This document shows, in pieces, positions 23,153 through 32,000 of a DNA stretch of 32,000 bases. Source of the stretch: Pseudomonas aeruginosa (lineage in GTDB: Bacteria; Pseudomonadota; Gammaproteobacteria; Pseudomonadales; Pseudomonadaceae); the NCBI RefSeq assembly GCF_001457615.1, contig NZ_LN831024.1:990001-1022000 (forward strand), given 5' to 3'. The translations under genes and the position numbers were made by a program. Positions within the stretch are counted from its first letter, which is position 1, and each line of letters opens with the position of its first letter. Below the pieces are notes generated by a model. It saw only the letters and a program-made list of their open reading frames with translations. It ran no database searches and was not told the origin of the DNA.

Positions 23153-24058
23153 TCATCCCTGTGCGGTAACGAAGCGACTGCGCTGGCCGAGCTGCCGCAC
23201 CGCCTCGATCAGTGCATCGGCCGCCAGGCTGGGTTGGCGCGAGAAGGCGTAGAAACGCGCCTCCGGCAGCGTCGGAAAACCCTGTTCCGGGCCCAGTTCG
23301 CGTAGCCCCTCGCGCATCTGGCTGCGCGCCACCACCGTCACGGCGAAACCGGCCAGCGCGGCGGACAGGCAGCCGGCCATGCTGGCGCTCTCGAACACCA
23401 GGCGCCAGGGACGCGCAGCGGCGCCGAGGGCTGTAATCGCCGCTTCGCGGTAGACGCAGGGTTCGGGGAACAGCGCCAGCGGCAGCGGTTCGCCCGCGGG
23501 CAGCTCGATCGCGGTCGCCGCGGCCCAGACCAGCGGTTCCTCCCAGAGCAGTTCGCCGTCGTCTCCTACCCGCCGGCACTGCTTGCCGAACACCACGTCG
23601 GTGCGCCCCTGGGCCTGCTGGCGGAGCAGGTCGGTGGTGATACCGACCTTGAGTTCGATGGATGCTTCGGGGTGCCAGCGGCGAAAGCGTTGCAGGACGC
23701 GTGGCAGCCAGGCGCTGGCGAAGTCCTCCGAAGCGCCGATGCGCAGGCGGTCGCGGATCGGCGTGCCGTGCAGCCTGGCGCGGGCCTCGCGCTCCAGCTC
23801 GACGATGTTGCGGGCATAGGCGTAGAGCGTCTCGCCCGCCTGGGTCAGCTCCAGGCGGCGGGTGGTGCGGCTGAGCAGGCTGACGCCGGCTGTCTGTTCC
23901 AGGCGCTTGATATGCCCGCTGACCGCGGAGGGAGTGAGCGCGAGATTGTCCGCGGCGAGGGCGAAGCCGCCACTGTCGACCACTTCGAGAAAGGTACGCA
24001 ACAACACGATATCCAGGGATTGGGAGGTGGGGACGGCAAGCTCCATGAGGTCTTCCAT
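23153..24058 (-). CDS. LysR-family transcriptional regulator
   Basis: 301 aa; LRTFLEVVDSGGFALAADNLALTPSAVSGHIKRLEQTAGVSLLSRTTRRLELTQAGETL HTH; divergent from the hydrolase at 24152. Confidence 0.93.
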   Translation of the reverse strand: MEDLMELAVPTSQSLDIVLLRTFLEVVDSGGFALAADNLALTPSAVSGHIKRLEQTAGVSLLSRTTRRLELTQAGETLYAYARNIVELEREARARLHGTPIRDRLRIGASEDFASAWLPRVLQRFRRWHPEASIELKVGITTDLLRQQAQGRTDVVFGKQCRRVGDDGELLWEEPLVWAAATAIELPAGEPLPLALFPEPCVYREAAITALGAAARPWRLVFESASMAGCLSAALAGFAVTVVARSQMREGLRELGPEQGFPTLPEARFYAFSRQPSLAADALIEAVRQLGQRSRFVTAQG

Positions 24059-24151
24059 TCATCTCGTTTCATGAATAGTAGACGCTAACTATTCATGAAT
24101 CACCCTTGGCAAGCGTCCTAGGATGTCCCTTCTTTCTCTTGGAGAGGTCCG

Positions 24152-25042
24152 ATGAGCCGCTATGCCTTCGTTTCCACCGATGTCCTGGATATCGCCTACC
24201 TGGAGTGGAATCCGCAGGGGGCGCGCAGCGCCGTCTTGTTGCACGGTTGGCCGGACAGCCCGCATACTTGGAAAGACTTGGCGGAGTCCCTGGCGGACGC
24301 CGGCTATCGGGTGCTGGCACCAGCCCTCCGGGGATTCGCCCCGACCCGCTTCCGCGATGCGTCTACTCCGCGCAGCGGGCAACTGGCGGCTCTGGCTTGC
24401 GATCTGCTGGCATTCGTCGACAGCCTGGCATTGCAACGTCCCCTGCTGGTCGGCCATGACTGGGGGGCTCGCGCGGTGGCTAGTGCCTGCGGACTGCGCG
24501 AGGGCGTAGCCTCGCACCTGGTGATGCTCTCGGTGGGGTACGCCAGCAACGATCCGCAGCAAGTTCTTTCCCTGCCGCAGGCCCGTAGCTTCTGGTACCA
24601 GTGGTTCATGGCTACGCCACGCGGAGAGCGCGCGCTGCGCGAGGAGGGCGAGGCATTCGCCCGGCAGATGTGGGACACCTGGTCGCCGCCGGGATGGTAT
24701 GCCGAGCGCGATTTCTAGGAGGCCGCCCAGGCCTTCTCCGGGCCGGACTGGGTGGCCGTGGTGCTGCACTATTACCGGCATCGCTGGGGCTTCGTCGCGG
24801 GGGAGCCGCGCTACGGGGCGGCGGAACAGCGCTTGCTCCCGGCACCGCGCCTGGCGCTGCCGACCCTGGTGCTGCACGGCGGCGCGGATGCCTGCACCCA
24901 CCCCGACGGCTCCCGCGGACGCGAGCACTACTTCAGCGGGCGCTACCAGCGGCTGGTGCTGGAGGGCGTCGGCCATTTTCCGCAGCGCGAGGCGGCCACC
25001 CAGGTGGCGGACGCTATCCTGCGGTTCTGCGCGGATGACTAG
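24152..25042 (+). pseudogene. Alpha/beta hydrolase (epoxide hydrolase/dehalogenase-like) interrupted by in-frame TAG
   Basis: 188-aa N-terminal part (VLLHGWPDSPHTWKDLAESLADAGYRVLAPALRGFAPT, LLVGHDWGARAV) ends at TAG 24716..24718; the same frame continues EAAQAFSGPDWVAVVLHYYRHRWGF...LPTLVLHGGADACTH...LVLEGVGHFPQREA to 25042. Confidence 0.85.
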
Positions 25043-25059
25043 GTCCTGGACGCCGCAGC

Positions 25060-25093
25060 GGCGGATAACGCCCGTGGCGTTATCCGCCCTACG
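25060..25093 (-). repeat. REP-like element
   Basis: Perfect 13-bp arms GGCGGATAACGCC (25060..25072) and GGCGTTATCCGCC (25076..25088) plus CTACG tail; minus-strand form CGTAGGGCGGATAACGCCACGGGCGTTATCCGCC resembles known Pseudomonas REP sequences. Confidence 0.75.
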
Positions 25094-25151
25094 AACCGGT
25101 GTGCCGCGAGCGGTCGCGGCGGACGTGGGGTCGTAAGCTCCGCCGGTGGCC

Positions 25152-26498
25152 CTATGGCGTCCGCAGGCGGTCGAGCAGCGCCGGGGTCGGATAGCCGTCC
25201 GCCGGCCAGCCGAACTCCTGCTGGCAGGCGCGGATCGCCTTGCGCGTATTGGCGCCGATGATGCCATCCACCGCGCCCGGATCGTGTCCGCGGGCGGCCA
25301 GTTGCCGTTGCAGCTCGATGCGCTGCGAGCGGCTCAGCGGAACATCCTCCAGCGGCCAGGCGCCGACTATCCGGCCGCCGCCCTTGAAGCTGTCGGCGAG
25401 CAGGCCGACGGCCAGGGCGTAGGCGCTGGAGTTGTTGTACTTGAGGATGGCGCGGAAGTTGTGCAGCACCAGGAAGGCCGGGCCGCGGTGCCCGGCCGGC
25501 AGCAGCAGCGAGGCCTGTTCGCCGGAGAGTCCGGAGGGCAGGGGGCCGCCGTTGACGCCTTGTACGCCCATCCCTTGCCATTCGCCCAGGGGCTTGCGGA
25601 TGGTGAGTTCCGCCAGGGAATAGTCGAAGCCTGCCGGCAGGCGGACTTCGAAACCCCAGGGTTGTCCGGCGATCCAGCCGGAGGCTTTCAGGTAGTTGGC
25701 GGTGGAGGCCAGGGCGTCGCCGGGCGAGCCCCAGATGTCACGCTTGCCGTCGCCGTCGAAGTCCACGGCATACTGGTTGTAGGTGGTCGGGATGAACTGG
25801 GTCTGGCCCATGGCGCCGGCCCAGGAGCCGATCATGAAGGAGGCCGGAACGTCGCCGTGCTGGAGAATCTTCAGGGCGGCGAGCAACTGGGCGTGGGCGA
25901 ATTCCGGGCGGCGTCCTTCATAGGCGAGGGTCGCCAGGGAGCGGATCACGTTCTTGTTGCCCATGTGCGAACCGTAGTTGCTCTCCATGCCCCAGATCGC
26001 CACCACCGCATCCGCATCCACCGCATAGCGCGCGTCGACTTCGCCGAGGATGCGCGCATGCTGCGCCAGGCGCGCCTGGCCCTGGCGAACGCGCAGCGGA
26101 TCGAGGGCGCCTTCCAGGTACTTCCATACCGGTCGGGTGAATTCCGGCTGGCTGCGGTCGGCTTCGACCACGGCGGGATCGGGCTGGACGCCGGCGAAGG
26201 CGCGATCGAAGGTCTGCGCATCGATTCCACCGGCCAGCGCCTGTTGACGGAAGGCGTCACGCCACTGTTCGAAGCTTTGCCCAGGCTGGGCCTCGTTCGG
26301 CGCGCCAGCGGGCACCGAGGCGGCCGGGCCGGCGCCGGAGAAGGGCGCCTTGGTCTGCAGGGGAGCGGCAGGCTGGTTGTATTCGACTGTCGGATTCTTC
26401 TGCGCGCAGGCGCTGGAGAGGCCAAGCCCCATGGCGACGACGGTGCTGCCCAGCAGCCCGCTCACCTTCAGCAGGGCGGATCGTTCGGGGTTACGCAT
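25152..26498 (-). CDS. sltB3: MltB-family lytic murein transglycosylase with C-terminal peptidoglycan-binding domain
   Basis: 448 aa from MRNPERSALLKVSG; AIWGMESNYGSHMGNKNVIRSLATLAYEGRR, WAGAMGQTQFIPTTYNQYAVDFDGDGKRDIW, PG_binding_1-like GHDPGAVDGIIGANTRKAIRACQQEFG; gene symbol by synteny and recollection. Confidence 0.9.
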   Translation of the reverse strand: MRNPERSALLKVSGLLGSTVVAMGLGLSSACAQKNPTVEYNQPAAPLQTKAPFSGAGPAASVPAGAPNEAQPGQSFEQWRDAFRQQALAGGIDAQTFDRAFAGVQPDPAVVEADRSQPEFTRPVWKYLEGALDPLRVRQGQARLAQHARILGEVDARYAVDADAVVAIWGMESNYGSHMGNKNVIRSLATLAYEGRRPEFAHAQLLAALKILQHGDVPASFMIGSWAGAMGQTQFIPTTYNQYAVDFDGDGKRDIWGSPGDALASTANYLKASGWIAGQPWGFEVRLPAGFDYSLAELTIRKPLGEWQGMGVQGVNGGPLPSGLSGEQASLLLPAGHRGPAFLVLHNFRAILKYNNSSAYALAVGLLADSFKGGGRIVGAWPLEDVPLSRSQRIELQRQLAARGHDPGAVDGIIGANTRKAIRACQQEFGWPADGYPTPALLDRLRTP

Positions 26499-26634
26499 TG
26501 CTCTCCTCAGCAGGGTCCTCGGGACGGGCCACCTTAGCACGCCGGCCAGGACGCGTCTGCCGTCGTTGGACGCGCCGGCGGGGCCCCGGGTTCGCCAATG
26601 TGGTTCCATCGGCGCAGTGGATATCGTTCGCCAT

Positions 26635-26958
26635 ATGTTCGGTCACTGTCGGGCGGCCAATGGTTTCGTCCGTACCGCTCCGCCGCCTGTCGAAGCCTCG
26701 CGGCGCACCCGAGTCGGGATCGGCGACGGGTCGCGCGGCATGCTCGAGGCCTTCGACTTCTTCTTCCTGGCCTTCGTTCTGCGCGACATGGCTACCCGCT
26801 TCGGCGTCGGCATCGAACGCCCGAGCCTGGTTCGTGCGCTGCAATGGCCAGAGGGTTGCCAGTCGGCCGCGCGGGATGTCGAGGCCGCGGATCATGATGG
26901 AGGAACCATTGGCTTTTCGCCCAACCCGATGGGGCCAGGGCTTGCGCGCCGACGATAG
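26635..26958 (+). CDS. Hypothetical ORF, possibly real or a decayed gene
   Basis: 107 codons MFGHCRAANG...MLEAFDFFFLAFVLRDMATRFGVGIERPSLVRALQ; the middle section has high GC3, but no recognised family and the 3' end looks non-coding. Confidence 0.25.
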   Translation: MFGHCRAANGFVRTAPPPVEASRRTRVGIGDGSRGMLEAFDFFFLAFVLRDMATRFGVGIERPSLVRALQWPEGCQSAARDVEAADHDGGTIGFSPNPMGPGLARRR

Positions 26959-27073
26959 TGTGCCCATGGGCGGCAGGCTGGCGGTGGGGTTGGTCCTGTC
27001 GACGGGCTTCGGGCGGGGTAGGCGGGGCGCGTGGGTGAGGAGGGCGTTGCGGGAGGATGGACCAGCGGCTGTT

Positions 27074-27226
27074 TCAGGCCGCCATAACGAAAGAAGCCTC
27101 CCAGTTACGGGAGGCTTCGCGGCGGTAGCTGCCTTTGCCTTTCTTCGCCTGTTCCTGGCGGCTGCGGAACAGTGGCTGGGCGACCAGGGATTTGGCCTTG
27201 TTCGGCCGCTTGCTTTTCTTTGCCAT
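27074..27226 (-). CDS. arfA: Alternative ribosome-rescue factor ArfA homologue (50 aa)
   Basis: Manual translation: MAKKSKRPNKAKSLVAQPLFRSRQEQAKKGKGSYRREASRNWEASFVMAA*; matches the ArfA core PLFRxRxExxKKGKGSYxRxx...WEAS; absent from the track because it is shorter than 60 aa. Confidence 0.88.
   Translation of the reverse strand: MAKKSKRPNKAKSLVAQPLFRSRQEQAKKGKGSYRREASRNWEASFVMAA
27093..27118 (-). terminator. Intragenic hairpin inside arfA (candidate intrinsic terminator or RNase processing signal)
   Basis: Minus strand GAAGCCTCCC-GTAACT-GGGAGGCTTC followed by TTTCGTT; perfect 10-bp stem, 6-nt loop, located before the arfA stop codon. Confidence 0.8.
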
Positions 27227-27317
27227 GGCATAGGTCCTCGAAGGTGATCGGGCTGGCGCTCGCCAGCGCGCGCATCATCTGCCTGTCGCCGCGGATTGTC
27301 CAGTGCTGGTTGCGCCT

Positions 27318-28355
27318 TCAGGCTGCCGGCAGGCCGAGGCGCTGGCCGGCGAGGCTCAGGGCGAGAAGCGAGAGACCGCTCCAGGGGCTGCCGGGTGCCT
27401 GTCCCTTGATCTGCGCGTCGATCAACTGGGCATCCCTCAGCATCTGGTTCCAGCGGCTGCTGGAGTGGCGTTGCAGGGCACGGGTCAGCAGCGGACGGCG
27501 CTTGTCCCAGACCGGCGGACGCGCCTGGGCGAAGGCTTTCTCCAGCGGGATGCCCTGGCCGTATTGCTGGGACAGGCCAGCCAGCAGGCGGATCTCGCGG
27601 GCCAGGCCCCAGAGGATCACCGGCGGCTCGATGCCTTCGCCGCGCAGTCCTTCCAGGATGCGCAGGGCGTGGGCCGCTTCACCGCCAAGGGCAGCGTCGA
27701 TCAGGCCGAAGACATCGAAGCGTGCGCTGTCGGCGACCGCGGCCTGTACGGTGGCGGCGTCGATCTGGTTGCCCTCGGCGAGCAGCTTGAGCTTTTCGAT
27801 TTCCTGGGCGGCGGCGAGCAGGTTGCCTTCCACGCGCGCGGCGATCAGCTCCAGGGCTTCGGGGCTGGCGGACAGGCCGGCCTGGGACAGGCGCTGGCGA
27901 ATCCACTGCGGCAACTGGTGGACGTCGACCGGCCAGACCTGGATGAACTGCGCGGCGTTGCCATCGATCAGGGCCTTGGCCCACTTGGTCTTCTGCGTGC
28001 TGCCATCGAGCTTGGGCAGACTGAGCAGGAGCACGGTGTCTTCCGGCGGCCGTTGCAGGTATTCCTGGAGAATCGCCGCGCCTTTGTCGCCGGGCTTGCC
28101 GGAGGGCAGGCGCAGTTCGATCAGGCGCTTCTCGGCGAACAGCGACAGGCTGGCGCCGGCCTCCAGCAGCAAGCCCCAATCGAAGTTGGCTTCGGCATTG
28201 AATACCTGGCGCTCGCCGAAGTCGCGCTCGCGGCAGGCCTGGCGAATGGCATCGCAGGCTTCCTGGCAGAGCAGCGGTTCATCGCCGCTGACGACATAGA
28301 CGGGCGCCAGGGGGCCCTGGAGGTGCTTGGCGAGTTGCGCGGGAGTCAGCTTCAT
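27318..28355 (-). CDS. holA: DNA polymerase III subunit delta
   Basis: 345 aa MKLTPAQLAKHLQGPLAPVYVVSGDEPLLCQEACDAIRQACRERDFGERQVF. Confidence 0.95.
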   Translation of the reverse strand: MKLTPAQLAKHLQGPLAPVYVVSGDEPLLCQEACDAIRQACRERDFGERQVFNAEANFDWGLLLEAGASLSLFAEKRLIELRLPSGKPGDKGAAILQEYLQRPPEDTVLLLSLPKLDGSTQKTKWAKALIDGNAAQFIQVWPVDVHQLPQWIRQRLSQAGLSASPEALELIAARVEGNLLAAAQEIEKLKLLAEGNQIDAATVQAAVADSARFDVFGLIDAALGGEAAHALRILEGLRGEGIEPPVILWGLAREIRLLAGLSQQYGQGIPLEKAFAQARPPVWDKRRPLLTRALQRHSSSRWNQMLRDAQLIDAQIKGQAPGSPWSGLSLLALSLAGQRLGLPAA

Positions 28356-28364
28356 AGGAGAAGA

Positions 28365-28387
28365 CGGGGCCGGCGAAACCGGCCCCG
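28365..28387 (-). promoter_or_regulatory. GC-rich hairpin in the lptE-holA junction
   Basis: Perfect arms CGGGGCCGG (28365..28373) / CCGGCCCCG (28379..28387), 5-nt loop; pyrimidine-rich TCTTCTCC follows in the minus-strand sense. Confidence 0.55.
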
Positions 28388-28392
28388 GGGCA

Positions 28393-29016
28393 TCACGGGG
28401 TGGGGAACTCGATCGGCGACTGCTGCGGCTCGGCGGCGCGGCGCTGGCGCTCCGCCTCGTCGGCGGCGCGCAGGGCTTCGGCTTCCGCCTTGGCCTTGGC
28501 TTCTGCCTGGCGCTGGGCTTCGTCGAGTTGCGCCGGGGTCAGCGCCTGGAGGCGCATGGACAACTGCTGGATCAGGTCGCGCCGCATCTCGCTGCGCAGC
28601 TGCGCGGCTTCCTGGTCGGAACCGATCAGGTTGTTTTCGTCGTGCACGTAGACCTTCTGCACCTGTACCTGGTTGCTCATCAGGACCAGGTCGTTGGCGC
28701 CGACGATCTCGTAGTTGATCGTGTTGGTCAGCTCGAACTCCGCGCCGCGCGCGGAACCGGTGTAGCTGACGGTGCGCTGCTGGTTGTCCTCGCGGACCAG
28801 CACCAGGTGGTAGGGCGCGTTGCTGGTGACCTTCACGCCGCTGTTTTCCAGGGTTTCCTTCAGTTCGCGCACGGTCGGGCCGTAGGCGTTGCGCGCGGAC
28901 ACGTCGATTTCCTTGAGCGCGAATTGCGCATCGCCCAGGCCGCGCAGTTGGAAGCCGCAGGCGGCCAGCAGGGTGGTCATACCGATCAGCGCGGCGCTGG
29001 TCAGGATACGTTTCAT
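28393..29016 (-). CDS. lptE: LPS-assembly lipoprotein LptE (RlpB)
   Basis: 207 aa from [39 protein letters not shown]; lipobox LLAAC; located directly downstream of leuS. Confidence 0.93.
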
Positions 29017-29043
29017 CAAGCTTCCCTCACTCCTGTTGATCAG

Positions 29044-29065
29044 CGCCCCCGGATGGCCGGGGGCG
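29044..29065 (-). promoter_or_regulatory. GC-rich hairpin in the leuS-lptE junction
   Basis: Perfect arms CGCCCCCGG (29044..29052) / CCGGGGGCG (29057..29065), 4-nt loop. Confidence 0.5.
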
Positions 29066-29082
29066 TCCAATGGAATCGCGTA

Positions 29083-31824
<2,742 letters not shown>

Positions 31825-31874
31825 CTATGGGCCGTCGATGGCTGGCTGCCCAGTGGTACCTTCAGAGGTGTTCG

Positions 31875-32000
31875 ATGGCTGAGCTGCAACGCGCGAGTGT
31901 AACGGGAGGTGGGCTGTACGAGAGGCTGCTGCAGCGTCTCGCCCTGGCTCTGGATGAAGCGGATACGGCCGAGCGCCTGCGTGACGAGCATCCCACGGAG
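31875..32000 (+). CDS. Partial hypothetical ORF running off the window edge
   Basis: ATGGCTGAGCTGCAACGC... reads MAELQRASVTGGGLYERLLQRLALALDEADTAERLRDEHPTE with no stop; divergent from leuS; family not identified. Confidence 0.4.
   Translation, partial: MAELQRASVTGGGLYERLLQRLALALDEADTAERLRDEHPTE

Noticed and set aside
23118-24062. 314-aa plus-strand ORF opposite the LysR regulator
   Set aside because: Antisense shadow; the minus strand has a clear LysR HTH and effector domain.
23094-25093. Possible insertion sequence or composite transposon bounded by the inverted REP-like elements
   Set aside because: No transposase coding sequence and no target-site duplication seen; the repeats are only about 33 bp and match an extragenic REP pattern.
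26491-27231. 246-aa minus-strand ORF covering the gap and arfA
   Set aside because: Overlaps the arfA homologue in another frame and the sltB3 start; no family resemblance and poor codon bias.

Overview
This 32 kb window is a dense, high-GC chromosomal segment with an ordinary housekeeping gene order. Protein motifs and synteny are consistent with Pseudomonas aeruginosa. Left to right it carries mpl, ubiX, a small YceK-like lipoprotein, an SDR-like NAD(P)-binding protein, a lipoprotein with MORN repeats and a C13/caspase-like protease domain, a MaoC-like dehydratase, an lrgA/lrgB-type pair, a Lon-N-domain protein, a DedA+PAP2 fusion, mpg, an LCM-family methyltransferase and an alpha/beta hydrolase. 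These are followed by the proA-nadD-rsfS-rlmH-pbpA-rodA-sltB1-rlpA-dacC-ybeD-lipB-lipA cluster, a LysR regulator, an alpha/beta hydrolase split by an in-frame amber codon, a second MltB-family transglycosylase, and leuS-lptE-holA. I saw no prophage, IS element, CRISPR array, tRNA or rRNA. The most interesting items are: (1) a 50-aa ORF missing from the supplied track (27074..27226, minus) that matches the ArfA ribosome-rescue signature and has a perfect 10-bp hairpin inside its 3' coding region, the hallmark of ArfA control by non-stop mRNA; (2) a predicted outer-membrane lipoprotein with about 11-12 MORN repeats joined to a C13/caspase-like protease; (3) a DedA-PAP2 fusion; (4) an A9 homopolymer containing a slippery A AAA AAC heptamer just before the SPOR domain of rlpA; (5) a nonsense-interrupted hydrolase between two REP-like elements; (6) an alpha/beta hydrolase with a possible PilZ-like tail; (7) a 9-bp inverted repeat upstream of proA.
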